Below, piece after piece: positions 50,191-64,000 of a DNA stretch of 64,000 nt. The notes below the pieces were generated by a model that searched no databases, was not told the DNA's origin, and was given only the letters and a program-made list of their open reading frames with translations. The translations under genes were made by a program, and so were the position numbers. The first letter of the stretch is position 1. Each line of letters opens with the position of its first letter. This DNA comes from Octopus vulgaris (Eukaryota): positions 31,558,001 to 31,622,000 of the forward strand of contig OX597821.1 of NCBI GenBank assembly GCA_951406725.2. The letters are read 5' to 3'.

Positions 50191-50689
50191 TAATGTTAGG
50201 CAACCGTCGATATTCGAGGGAAGGGGAATTCGAGTACATAGATGAAAGTACTATACTGGTACTTGTTTCAGCGACACCGAATTTATGGATGTCAAAGTGA
50301 ACATCGGCGATGTTTGAGCTCAGTACATAAAAACGGACAAATGTCGTTAAGCACTTTGTCCGCCGTGCTAATTGTCTTAGATTAAGTACTGACCGTCTTA
50401 TTCTTCAAATTCTTTCTAGTCGTTGATATTTCAAAATGCATGTTCATTTCTATAGCAGGCAAGAGAGGAGATATTTGTTAGTGGCGGAGGGTTCTGAAGT
50501 GTGAGTTTCAATTTAACCGATAGTTTACGTTTTGGGGTTTCAAAATGATAAATATACACATAACTTCACCACTATTTGAAATCAAAAATTGTATGTAACT
50601 AAACACTATATATTATATATTCCTTAATCTCAAGAGAAACAAGCAATTTATAAAGTTTAATAGAGTAGGAACACAGAATACGCGGACGA

Positions 50690-50736
50690 AGGTGATTACG
50701 ACAATGAGGTTGACGGCGACAACGACGATGACCATA

Positions 50737-50801
<65 letters not shown>

Positions 50802-50876
50802 ATCGATGATAATATTGATGATGATAATGATAATGATGATGAAGATGACGATGATGATGATGATGATGACGACGAC

Positions 50877-50927
<51 letters not shown>

Positions 50928-50930
50928 AAC
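50690..50930. repeat. (ATG)n microsatellite
   Basis: Directly visible. Confidence 0.95.
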
Positions 50931-51544
50931 AGTGGTGGTTATGAGAATGTTGGTTGTGGGGTTATCGATGATCTTTATATTAAAGCCGGCTGCCAATGAT
51001 GGTCGTGTTATTAGCCATAAAACATTTATATGCACAAACATACACATAACTTATACTCTCATACAGACATAAATGCAACATTAAACGTTTGAATATGTAT
51101 ATGTATAAGCGTATGTATATATTTATACATGCATATATTCATATGCATACATAAGTATGTTTGTAAATATGTATGAACACGTTTGCATACAGGTAATATT
51201 TCAATTTCGTATAGGTACAAAACAGAAAATTCAAATATATAATATAATAACATTGAATGTGCATAATAAAGAATTATATTGTGCAGTCTCCTTGGCAACA
51301 CAATGCCAATATAACGGTCTACGTGGAAAAAAGAAATTCTGAGGCTTGAGAAATTATGATATAAACTTGATATGAATACATAAATACATGCTTAGAGAGG
51401 AAAAATAATAATGACATGCTAGGATTTCCATTATTGCGGTATATCACCGTACGCACGTATGATAGCACGTAAGTCTGTATACATGTAAGTAATGATATTT
51501 ATGTAAGAATGAGGCACACAAATCATATGCATATACAATGAAGA

Positions 51545-51594
<50 letters not shown>

Positions 51595-51979
51595 GTATGT
51601 ATATATATGTGTATATATATATATACATATATATAATATACACGCATATATGTATATATATTTGAATATATGTGGGTGTTTATATATATATACGTTATCG
51701 CGTGTGTCTCTGTATATGTGTATGTGAGTACTTGAACGTGTGCTTCCACATTGTATTATGTGTAGCAATGGAAACATGTATTGAGAACTAGTTATTAAAT
51801 ATACATTTCGTTTGACTTATGTAACCAGCCTAACTGAGACAGAGGTAGAACGCGATCGTACAAATTACACACGCTCATAAATATTCATGTGTACGTGTGT
51901 ATGTGGGTGTGTGTATATATATGTGTGTATATATTATATATATTATATATGAGTGCGTATATGTATATATATATATGTA

Positions 51980-52010
<31 letters not shown>

Positions 52011-52081
52011 CATCAATATTATCATCGATATATATATATACGTATATAATATAAATATATATATATATATATGTATATACG

Positions 52082-52148
<67 letters not shown>

Positions 52149-52687
52149 CATATGTATGTAATGCATGTATGTACACATGTTTGTATGTGTTTCCGTGTAT
52201 AACAGTGTTTTTTATAATGTCTGCAGAAACAACCATAGCGACGCTGTTTAGCAAAAGAGTGTAACAAATAAAATTTTATTCAAACAAAATTTCATATGGT
52301 ATATGTTTCAAAAACTGATTTTCGTTCTCCTGTCGGCTCTGTTTTTTTTAATGTAAAGACATATTATATATGCATATGGCTCTGAAAGCTAGATGAAGGA
52401 CCGGGGTAAAATTACATTAATGGAAAACATAAGAAATTTTTCAATAATTTTGATATATGGCATAAAAGTTTTAGTCATGTAGACACAATAGATGCCAGAC
52501 AAATATATACATATGTGTGTATGTGTGTGTATGCGCATGCGTGTACGCGGGTAAGTATGTGTGTATTGTCTGTGTACAAGTGTGTATGTTTGTGGGCGTT
52601 CATGCATGTATATTTATATATTCTTGAACAGACACACATACATGTAAATATATAGAGAGATAGATAGATAGGTAGACGTATGTGTGA

Positions 52688-52734
<47 letters not shown>

Positions 52735-53137
52735 GAGAGAGAGACAAGCATATATATAATATATATATTTATGTATGTATGTTTATACAGATAGATGCGT
52801 AGATAGATAGATAGAGAGAGGAAGAGAGAGAGAGAGAGTGAAAAACAATCAGACAGACAGACAGTTATTGACGCCATACGAATTCAGGAAGTGCGAGATT
52901 TTTTAAACTATTCGTAACCATTACGCGCTGAACACGAGTTCACTAAGACAAAAAATATATTTATATATTTCGTGAATATGGGCTTAAAATACAATTTTTG
53001 GATTACAAAACTAGGAGTCTACTTTTGTATCAATATATGTGTATGAAAGTATATGGATATATGTGTGCGCGCATGCGTTATATGTTTATGTGTGAAATTT
53101 ATACATCAACTTATATATATATATATATATATATATA

Positions 53138-53246
53138 TTGGCCTGCTCACTTAGCCAGCGGGGTGGCGTCATTCGAAGGCTAAAACAATGCGAACGCATT
53201 GTGACCAGCGATGTGTAACAGCATCACATGGTCTGGTCGGTCACGT

Positions 53247-53250
<4 letters not shown>
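53138..53250 (+). mobile_element. GC-rich 3' fragment of a dispersed SINE/LINE between (TA)n tracts
   Basis: ggcctgctcacttagccagcggggtggcg...ggtcggtcacgtga; family assignment from recollection only. Confidence 0.4.
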
Positions 53251-53280
<30 letters not shown>

Positions 53281-53281
<1 letters not shown>

Positions 53282-54058
53282 CATGTCTCAAAACAACCTA
53301 CAACATCCTCACATCTATATTAACTGACAGAATATGCAATTTCCTTGAAAAGAGTTCTATCCTTCCACAAGCTCAAAAAAGGCTGTGAAAGGAATTCTTG
53401 GGAATTCTTATGGGTGCAAAGATCAATTATAAGTAAACTGATTGTATAGAATTGCCGGAGCAAAAAGAGAATCTGAGTATGGCATCGATAGACTACAGGA
53501 AAGCGTTTGATAGTGTCCCACGTAATTGGATACTCAAGGCCCTTGAAATATAAAAGATATCTCCTGCCATCTCCAAATTCATACAAGATAGCATTGTAGA
53601 ATGATCCAGGCTCATCGACCTGATGTGATAAGTAAAGACAAGAAAGAAAATAATTTTAGAATAACTTACTTATATCTGTCAAGCAATTTGATAAACTAAG
53701 TGGATATCAGAACCCGATAAATGAAATACACAGGATGAGGCATCTTAAAACGAGAACTGTTCCTGCTATTGTAGGTGCCCTAGTTATGATAAAAAAAAGC
53801 ATGTTAGAAACATCTAGATAAGATCCCTGAAGAACCATGTCTAAGAGAAATCCACAAGATTGTACTGACAAGTACTACCCACATCCTTATAAAAAGCTAT
53901 CCATTTAAATGCCGGTGTTGTATTACATGAAGATATTTCACTAGAGGCTTTCAGTCATATTGTAACAACTCTTACCCTTCTCTAAACCCAGGACGCTGGG
54001 TGTGTTTCGGCAAGTGACTGTAACAAAGATGCGGATTAAAAATAAAAATAATAATAAT
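53281..54058 (+). mobile_element. Internally deleted R4/Dong-type LINE relic
   Basis: TCLKTTYNILTSILTDRI.., IDYRKAFDSVP..WIL fused near 53600 to the RLE tail (TVPAIVGAL, LREIHKIVLTSTTHIL); 3' UTR similar to 37292-37355; (AAT)n tail. Confidence 0.8.
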
Positions 54059-55049
54059 ATAGAAACTCGCATCGATAGATATAATAATGAAACTATATAC
54101 GTAGAAAATGTATAGCGGTTGTTAGCCAGTATAAAAAGAAATGATTGCGTCCCTTAGAAGCAAACCACTCTCCAGTGCAAGCTATTTCTAAGCGTACGAT
54201 TGCTTTCGAAAATACTGGCATGGGAGTTTCTTTCACGAAATGTCTCCAAGCAATTGCCGTTCATCGAATTTGAACCAGGATAGGAATCAAGGAATTGCTA
54301 GTGATCTAATATACTTCAATATACTTCAATATACATCGTACAGATCTAATGCAGGATAATCATAACGATACTGAAGTAGTCTAAATATTTGTAAATCACA
54401 CGTTGGCATGAATATTCCATAGAGTCAACTGCCTTTCAACATAGATGCCCAAATTATTCAAATATATGTTCAAGCCAATAGTCTTACAAATTTGAATGCA
54501 ATACACACCTCTCTACAGTGCAAGTGGGACCGCCTGTGCCAATTGACTAAACCGAAGCATTCAGTGAAAGAGCCCCTGGTGCTGATGAAAAAGAGATTCT
54601 TTACAACGGAAGTGGAAATACGGACGTTAAATATAATACCTCTAAGACAGAATTTCATCAGAATGGCTGAAGATCAATTATATCAAACTGAGACAAGATT
54701 ACCTGCGCACCAATTGCTCCTAGGTCAAGATTAATTAGATGAATGTCAATTCTTCAAACTTACATCATTCTTTCCTATATCCAAATAATAATCGACCATG
54801 TCTCTATAGCGTAATATTCATTTAATATACTTCATGTTATTATAATACTCACCTTTTTTGGTTAATTTTACTCTAATGTCAAAGGTGAGAATGTCTAGTC
54901 ATTTAAAATATTCTTAACGCTTCTTGTTAATTTCAGCATTATCGAGCCTGAGAGACTCTGTTCTTTTTTGTGTCTCTATTTGAAATGTCGCACAACTGCT
55001 CATAATCGTTTTCGAAATTTTTTCGTTGATGTTCCCCAAAATAATTTAT

Positions 55050-55063
55050 AATCCATCATCAAC

Positions 55064-55110
<47 letters not shown>

Positions 55111-55255
55111 AATCATCATCATCACCACCATCATCCTCATCTTCCTCATCATCATTACAAGCACCACCACCACCAGGATCATCCTTATCCTCATCAGCAG
55201 CAGCAGCAGTTGTAGTAGTATTAGTATTAGTGGTAGTAGTAGTAGTAGTATTAGA

Positions 55256-55299
<44 letters not shown>

Positions 55300-55318
55300 C
55301 AGCAGCAGTAGCAGCAGC

Positions 55319-55368
<50 letters not shown>

Positions 55369-55391
55369 CAGTAGTAGTAGTAGTAGTAGTG
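55050..55391. repeat. (CAT)n/(CAG)n/(TAG)n compound microsatellite
   Basis: Directly visible. Confidence 0.95.
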
Positions 55392-56733
55392 AATTACATT
55401 GGTAATATTTGTAATATTTGCAATATACAAAATTTGACAATCAATGAAAAATGATAAATAGTAATGTTTTGTTAACTACTAAAATATCTCTTAAGTAGCA
55501 CCAAAACTTTATCATTATAAATATATGGAATCGAAACTGTACATTAGAATACACTCACCATCTCTTCAGCATCGCATCATGGTGATATTTCAGTTCATAT
55601 CAATGTATTTTCATCTCTATGTTTTACTGATAAAACTGCTGTGTATTGCAGTTACATTAATGTTAATATGCAAAGGATTTTGAGGTGAAATCTATATTCA
55701 GATACAGATTTTTCCAATAATTTCAAAATATAACTTACTATTTCAAGCTCGAAGAATCTAGATGCTATCAACTATCGGTGAAGCTGTACGTGCATTGATT
55801 TATTTTTTGCCACTTTATTTATCAAAAGGATCGTTAGGAACGGTTTCGTTATTTTCAAATAATTTATTTTATTCGATAGCGTTCGTTGACATTATGAAAA
55901 ATTACAGAATAAATATGGCTTCTCCCTTTTACAGGAAATGAAATATACATGAACAAATTTTCCATTTGTAATCTATAATGACACGTTTTCACGATATTTT
56001 TTTTTTCCATTGAAAAGTATATTATTTATTCATTTATATTTGTATATAGGTGGGTAGATAATTAGATATGTGTATTTAGGTGTACATGAGCGATTGACTA
56101 GATACCCTGCTTATGTTCCAAAATTCACATAATACAGTATATGTATACAGATATACATGCTCCCAAGCGAGCGTCCAGACATATATACATGTGTGTGAGT
56201 GTTTACATGCTTATGAATTTTTTGTACATATTTGTACGCATGCATATATAGACCGGTGTAAAATACATGTAAAAAGCAGCCAAGATATATTGTAGAATTA
56301 AATGATTTTATCAGTCCAGCATTTCTTCAGTTTTCAGACCATCGTTAGACAAAAAAAAAAAGAACTGATCACCTCTTAAAGCTCACTTTTGAAATAGCTA
56401 TTCTGAATTTATTGATACGTTGATGACAAATGCGTTCTTTCTTGCTTGAATCATTATGTTTTCGTCGCGCTTAATGCTAGTACAATCTGACTTATGTATC
56501 CGTTTCATCGAATTTGCTGAGGAATTTCAAATACCCTTCAGACAAATATGTTCTTGTTACTTACCCAAATATTATTTAAACGATTCTGATTTTGTCTCTG
56601 ACACATTATGAACACAATATTTAATGAGACGGTGTTCCCTTACAATTTTAATTTTCCTTTTGGTATATAGGCAACGGCTCTCAATTGTTGAAAATAAAAA
56701 TTCGACACATATTAGGAATTCATATGGAATTCT

Positions 56734-57120
56734 GGCGTGGCGGTGTGGTAAGAAGCTTGCTTTACAACCACATGATTCTAGATTCAGTCCCTCTATATGG
56801 CACCTTGGGCGAGTGTCTTCTACTATAGCTTCGTGCCCACCAAAGCCTTGCGGGTGGATATGGTAGATGGAAACTGAAAGAAGCCCATCGTGTGCATGTA
56901 TGTTTGCGTGTTTGTGTGTCTGTCTTTGTCCCACTACCATCGCTTGAAAACAGATGCTGGTGTGCTTACGTCCCCGTACCTTAGCGGTTCGGCAAGAGCG
57001 TCCGATAGAGTGTGTACTAGGCTTACAAAGAATAAGTCCTGTGGTCGATTTGTTCAACTACAAGCGGTGCTCCAGGGTGGCCGCAGCCAAATGCATGAAA
57101 CAAATAAAAGAATAAAATAA
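56734..57120 (+). mobile_element. tRNA-derived SINE (~390 bp)
   Basis: A-box-like ggcgtggcggtgtggtaag, decayed B-box gattcagtcc, caccttgggcgagtgtctt core, internal (TG)n, tail gaaacaaataaaagaataaaa; tail relic also at ~9175-9245 (minus). Confidence 0.75.
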
Positions 57121-57157
57121 TATGTGTTTGTATGTATGTGCATACATAAATACATAC

Positions 57158-58430
57158 ATCATCATCATCATCGTCGTCATCATCATGCAGTCCCCATACC
57201 TGATGCTGGAAGATGCTGTTGTAGTAAGCCGTCGCCACGGATCCCACTTCTCTGTCTAGCTTTGTGTCACCTTTTCTCAACAATAGCCTTAAAAATGCTT
57301 TTGGACAAGGGGTTGTGCCAGGTCACATAACCGTACCATGCAATCCTTAGTCTTTTTACCTGTGCAACATGTGGTTCTGGTTTGTCAGAGTATTTGTCGA
57401 ATTACTACTGGACAAAGCTATGCGTGTTACGCATTTTATTCGAGATGTGTTCTATCTTTCATAAGCACTTACCTGAATTCCTCTTTCTATGACATCTGTA
57501 AGTGTCCAGCCCTCATATTGATAGAGAAGGATCGAAGTAACCAGGACTTTTTTCATTTTGAGTCTTTCCATTTCATATGGTTTTCAGCATCGTCATGGCA
57601 GCAGAGGCTAAACTGAGACTAATTGTTATCAATGTTTGAGATCTTCTGATCTTGGTTGAAGTGTATCTAACTACTTGAATGTGTCTACCTGGTCAATTGT
57701 TTCACCGTTCTGCATGACATTTGTTGCTATTTTCTGGGTTTTAGAATTAGTCAGGTTCTTGCACTTTGAGGTACTGATGTCGTATGCTCCTGGTAGTTTT
57801 TTTTTTGGAGTCAGGTACTGAACACATGTATTTCTTCTTCACTGCTTCTTAAAAGGTCTATATCATCAGCGAAGTTTACGTTGGTATTGAGTCGTCTTCA
57901 AATCAAAATAGCGGGTGGATATCTTGGCGTCTATCCAGCAGTACGATATCCGTGAAGATGTTGAAGAGCACTGGAGATGGGGGACATCCTTTTTGTAACG
58001 TCCACTGTTGCTCTGAATAGTTCTCCGATGTTACTGTTCAGGGCTGTATTGTTTGATTCTGCATAAAGGGCTTGGATTACTTCGATGCAGTTGTCGATGT
58101 CGATGTTGTAGCAATAACCAATTGGAAGTCAAAGATGTAATAGCGGCCAGATTGAGGCTGCAAATATTTTCAGTGAGCATTCAGATGTTAAAATATCTCT
58201 TACACAGTAACACTTATTCTGCACGGGTGCATTTCGCCTTTACATAAACTGTTTTGCAATAATTCGCAGGGTGGTCAATTAGGCAGATTGTTCTACAATT
58301 GTGACTGAGTCTAAAATTTCCTTTCATTGGAATAGGTATCACTAGTGATTGGATTCAGTTCTTTGACCGCTATCTCGTCCCCCATACCTTCTGACAACGT
58401 AAGAATTAAGCTTTGGGTGTCAGGAGCTCT
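57158..58430 (-). mobile_element. Decayed RTE-clade LINE 3' portion
   Basis: Minus strand SPVLFNIF, TNVNFADDI, .WYGYVT.HN.LSKSI; tail (GAT)n. Confidence 0.7.
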
Positions 58431-58760
58431 GATGGTAGGTAAAATTCATACAAAAATTCTTTTTTCTTTTCTCTTCTCTTCTTTTCCTCCCCAAACTTGA
58501 AAGCTCGCTAAGTCATAAACAAACAAGTCTGACAATACAAAAACCACGCCTCTTTACATTCCCCTCCTCCTCAAAGAAATTTTTTCTTTCCTTCTCCCTT
58601 GCTTGGCAAACCCCAGAAAATACTTTATAGAAAGGGCAAGACATATCTAAATTTGAACCATTTGTTGATAAATCCGATAAAGGAAGGAAGCGCTGAAAAT
58701 GTAAATAAGATGTAAAGAAAAGAAAATATTAATAATCATTCAACATTCTGACTACCTTAT

Positions 58761-58841
<81 letters not shown>

Positions 58842-58854
58842 GCACACATATATA

Positions 58855-59672
58855 TAAAACAAAAGACGAACACAGGTGTTCGAACAACACGCAAGTGTAT
58901 TAGTTTAACGCTATTCAACAGAAACGAATAAAAGAGACTATACAAAAAGAGAATGAAAAAAAATTAGATTTCAACGGTCCTGCATGGTGAATAATTGGAA
59001 AAAAGGCAGCTGAAAGAAAGGGAGATAATAATAAAAAAGTGTGAATGGAATGAAGATAATAAAGTTGCTGTGATCCCCAAAAAGGAAGGTGCGTATGTGT
59101 GCATGGGAAATTGGTGTGTGAGAGTATGTAAGTGTGTATATGTGAATAGGAGCGAGTGACTGACCTTTTTGAGTGTGTACGTGTGTAACAATTCTGTGTG
59201 TGCGTGTATGTGCGTGTGTGTTTGTGGCCAAACAGTAAGCATGTGTATGGTGTATATACGTGGGCGAAATTTATCTCTGTCTATGTGTGTTGCGTGTGCA
59301 TGTATATATAACCTGTGTTCAGGTATTATGTGCCTGTGTGAATGTGGGAGTGTGCATGAATGTGTGTGGTATGAGTACTGAGTTAAATAGTGTGTGTGAC
59401 AGCTTATTTGGTGGTATGTATGGTGATGCTATTGGAGAATGTGTGTGGGTGTATTATGATTGTTTGTGGTATGGGTGCTGGGAAGTGGTCACTGCAAGTG
59501 TATGTGGAGCCGTGTGGCGTTACTATCAAAGGAGGAGAGGAGGCGAAGATCATGTCAGATGAATAGAGTAGGTGAGTTGAGACCATATGGCGAAAAGGAG
59601 CTGAGAAGCTTAATTCCTTTTCACAGCGAAGGCGGGAGTCCGGATGACCTATGTGCAAAAGCGGTCTAAACA
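58855..59672 (-). mobile_element. PLE 3' remnant (GIY-YIG C-terminus plus pLTR lacking the HHR core)
   Basis: GHPDSRLRCEKEL...SFSPYGLNSP matches Neptune-type RE..LIF.L....P.GLN; 58855-58930 resembles 2600-2710 with the hammerhead centre missing. Confidence 0.55.
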
Positions 59673-60561
59673 CAGATATGTGTGTGTGCGTATGTGTGTT
59701 TATAAATTTATACAGATTGCATGTATGTATATAAATAGATATAAATGCAAATATATAGATGTGTAGGTGCTTATGTTTCAATAATGGACTAATGTTCAAA
59801 TAAACTGTAGCACTCTCAAAACTTTTACCAGACTTGCAACAGCGAATACGACATAAAGAGATGGTCATTATCGAGTACTTGTAATTTGAACCGCTGGCCT
59901 GATAGGGTGGTGAATGAACGTAGAGTTTACTGTGGAAGTGGAATAATTAATATTGTTAAGCGTCTGACCTACTTATGATTATCAAGATATCTACGTGTCC
60001 GAATGTAACTGTTTCTTACTGCGCATCATTATTAAGAAAATGGTTGATTTAATAAAGATTTTGCAGTTGTCTTCAAGTTTACAATTTTGATTAGTTCAAT
60101 TTCCGTTTAATGGAAACCTATCTGTATCTCATTTACAAAATTCAACGGCAACATAATTTTCTAATTACGAAGTGTCAACTAAAACTATTCATCTTATTAC
60201 TCCAAGCGTATCATTATTCATTGAAACGAATAATGTATAGCTATATGTCGCAATTGGCTATCATAGGCCAAATCTTCTACCGCTGCCTTCTTAAACTATT
60301 CCAATCTTTATTTAACTTATAATGTTTGAGATCTTAGCATTAGGAACTGTAATTCTCTCTTCTCATTTCACTGGAATTTACTTATATATGGAAATTATCA
60401 GATATATCCTAGGATATATTTCTTTAATTATTGTAATTACTAACATCTCAGTTTCCCTCATATATATATGTGTGCATATGCATATATGAGTATATATATG
60501 CGTGTATATATGAGTCCATATATGTGTGTATATGTGTATATATGAGTGCATGTAAGTACAA

Positions 60562-60660
<99 letters not shown>

Positions 60661-60753
60661 CAGATGTATATACATATATATGAAGGTATGGAGGGATGGA
60701 TGATATATACATATGTAAGTATGTGTGTGTTTATACATACACACACACACACA

Positions 60754-60797
<44 letters not shown>

Positions 60798-60913
60798 ATG
60801 ATTTATAGATAGACTTATTTTATGAATATTATTATTATTCACAACAAATATTAGGTAATGAACCAGTAATAAATTGGATATTAGTATCCCTTAATGATGC
60901 TAGTATAACCAAT

Positions 60914-60979
<66 letters not shown>

Positions 60980-61168
60980 GTATATATATATATGTATACA
61001 TATATATATATATATATATATACATATATATATGTATACATATATATATATGTATATATATATATTTATATATGTATGTATAAATATATGTATATGTATG
61101 TATGTATATATAGTTGTATGTATGTGTGTAGGTATGTATGTATGTATGTATGTATGTAGGTAGGTACA

Positions 61169-61384
61169 CGAGAGCGTGCTAAAAAGTTCCAGGCTGTACG
61201 GGAATTACGAAAGGCCTGGTTGGAGGCCTAAACTTTAGAATTCTTTTTCATGAGTTAGAAAAACTCAAGGAAGACAGCAATAAGTATATAATTCTCAGAG
61301 ACGAATGCGTTGAATAAAATCATACTTATCTGATACTCCTGTAGTTTCTTTCACCCAAGCCAGGAACTTTTATGCACCCCTACG
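61169..61384 (+). mobile_element. Mariner-derived MITE
   Basis: cgagagcgtgctaaaaagttccaggct ... agccaggaacttttatgcacccctacg|TA; interior retains transposase end EKLKED..K.I.LRDECVE*. Confidence 0.75.
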
Positions 61385-61772
61385 TATATATCTGTGTCTG
61401 TCTTTGTGTGTTTGTTTGGACATACGGACATACACACACACGGACAAATATTTTTTACATATGTATATGATCTAATTAATGAGAGGAATACAAAGAAAAT
61501 ACTTTAACACATTTTTAATGATTCGTTGCAATTGTTTCTGTATCGAATTTACTTGAAACGCCAGTTAATGCATAAATTCGAAATGAGAATTTACGTTTGC
61601 CGTTTAAGACATTAGAGGGGTCTTTCATATGACTTGCATGAAAAGTGTGCAGTCACATTGCGCTTCTTTCCGATCTTTTATTTTGGCCGATATCGAGGGC
61701 AACCAAAAAATATAGGTGTGGTCAAGGTATAAGTCAGTAGGCTATAGTTTATATATATATATATATATGTAC

Positions 61773-61774
<2 letters not shown>

Positions 61775-61852
<78 letters not shown>

Positions 61853-61853
61853 G

Positions 61854-61935
<82 letters not shown>

Positions 61936-61962
61936 TATAGATAGATAGATAGATAGATAGAT
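61775..61962. repeat. (GATA)n microsatellite
   Basis: Directly visible; others at 16564-16622 and 60613-60660. Confidence 0.95.
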
Positions 61963-62028
61963 ATTGGTAAAAACGGTAAGATAACAAAAGAAATAGAGGA
62001 AATTTATCTGTAAAAAAATATGGGACAC

Positions 62029-62397
62029 TTATTCAACAGCCAATATAAATCTCAGAGTTTCAGATGCCGAGGGGGAAATCCACAACACCATCTCTTCGGG
62101 TATCTGGCCATCTGAAAAACGCTATGAAAAAAGACCGTAATACGAAAGAAAATTACTGTGTTATAATTTCGCTACTTATATAAAAGCGCTAATACCATGA
62201 CCGCTAATTAAAATAATGTTAAAAGTCCATAGTAAACACGTAAGCATGCCTACTCATATGCTGACATATATATATATAAGCAGCGAAATTATAACACAGT
62301 AATTTTCCTTTGTGTTACAGCCTTTTTTTATAACGTTTTTCAGATGGCCAGATAACCGGCATCTGAAACTCAGAGTTTTATTTTGGCTATTGAATAA
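62029..62397. repeat. Inverted repeat, probably PLE pLTR-derived
   Basis: 62029-62182 versus 62273-62397; the left arm holds a degenerate minus-strand HHR (..CGAAG-AGAUG..CAUCU-GAAAC) whose centre is deleted from the right arm. Confidence 0.8.
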
Positions 62398-62416
62398 TTG
62401 TCACATGTTATTTTAC

Positions 62417-62509
<93 letters not shown>

Positions 62510-63205
62510 GGCACTTTCTTTGTTTCTGGAGGATGAAATATAACAGTTGTGCGAAGAGATTTATTTCTTGATTTATTTTTCCTGTACTGTATTTTTGTTG
62601 TAGCATGATGCGTCTAATGGCTTCCTATTTATAATTATTTCTTTCGAATTCTGTAATAGATGTTTTAATTCATTATCGAAGCTGTCACTGAATGTCAATG
62701 AAATGTATAGCTTCTACTTACTTAAATCACTCACCGTTCTATGGAATGACACGTTTCAATTGTTATATCGAATCAGTACTTTATATTTGCCATGGACATT
62801 TTTATATCACACTACGTAAATGGAGCCAAATTTTTGGCAACTAAATTCTAAATTAGATCTAAACAATTACAATCTTTTTTCCTACCAAAATCAATTGTTC
62901 ATCAATCTTTTCATCTCCCGCAGTAAATCTTTAGTCAAACTAACAAATTTTTGTATAATGCGGGAAGCTGCAAAGGGTACGTGAGTTTTAATTTAGAAAC
63001 TTTTAGCCTTCCATAATTTATTGGCTTTGAGCGATTTTTTATACGCTTATTTCCTTATACAAAATATGGTTTCTTATATTGTCTTGATAAAAAAAATATT
63101 CCTCCATCGTCTTATCGCGAAATGAAGTATTTTGCAGCATATTGTAACAGGTCAAATGCCCATTTAGTGATAGTGATTTAAGAATCATTCTTCATTACAA
63201 TACAC

Positions 63206-63286
<81 letters not shown>

Positions 63287-64000
63287 ATATAACAAAGCAT
63301 AATTCGCTAGATCTTTGAATATTGCACGTCAAAAATCTAATCTGTTCAAATTATAATCAACGTTGATATGAAATATCAGTTCCTATCAATTTGATATATA
63401 TCTTTATTTTTCAGACCGGTGCTGAGGTGGCACTTCTAATCGACCTGTAGAAACAATGATCCGTTATTGATATTTTGTATGGAATATCGCATCATCTTTA
63501 AACAGCCTCCCAATAGTATATTCAATATACAATTACTACAAGTTGCATTGCGGCTTCTTGTACGTTGGAGACTATTTGTCACCGTTAGCAAGCAGGCTTA
63601 AACCTACCGAATATATAAGATATGTATCTAAGAAATATTTCTTTTACTAACGCTACACTTTATAAAACATAATTAACAGTTACAATCATTTAGTTTGTAA
63701 ATAATTTTTGATAATATAATATTTAACAGTTCAATGGCTTACTGTAACAATTGTTCGGGTAATAGCAGCTTCTGTAATGCATTCAGGGTCTTTCTTTTAA
63801 AATCGTTCAAAGCTATTTTACTGGGCATAACTATAGTAATGTTGCTATTACTTTTATACTACAGCTTCCAATTTCGTTTTGCAAGACCATTCGATGGTGT
63901 GACCGTGAAACATACTAGTTACTATATGTCTCTGTTACTGAATAAAGTTTTCACATATGCTTGCGCGATGTTTGTCACATGAGCATAGGTGTAATAGGCA

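Overview
AT-rich, microsatellite-dense eukaryotic intronic or intergenic DNA. The repeat landscape suggests an octopod cephalopod (inference). I cannot support any host protein-coding exon; most ORFs in the track are translations of (TA)n, (TAA)n, (GAT)n or (GATA)n tracts. The window is a transposon graveyard containing: (1) a 5'-truncated Penelope-like element (PLE; RT thumb, Zn-finger linker, GIY-YIG) with a ~300 bp inverted pseudo-LTR at 9864-11998, plus many PLE remnants; (2) a two-ORF CR1-group LINE with an internal RT deletion (~22330-26177); (3) a cluster of R4/Dong-type RLE LINE fragments in (TAA)n tracts (32-42 kb, 49.6 kb, 53 kb); (4) an RTE remnant, gypsy-type LTR remnants, Tc1/mariner MITEs, a GG-ended MITE with 8-bp TSD, mariner transposase relics and tRNA-derived SINEs. 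The most interesting layer is non-coding: about a dozen minimal type I hammerhead ribozyme (HHR) motifs, mostly with a palindromic helix III and often inside inverted repeats. They include compensated core variants (U3-A8, A3-U8) and one canonical-core HHR with a ~70-nt structured insert in loop II. All folds were paired by eye and activity is untested.
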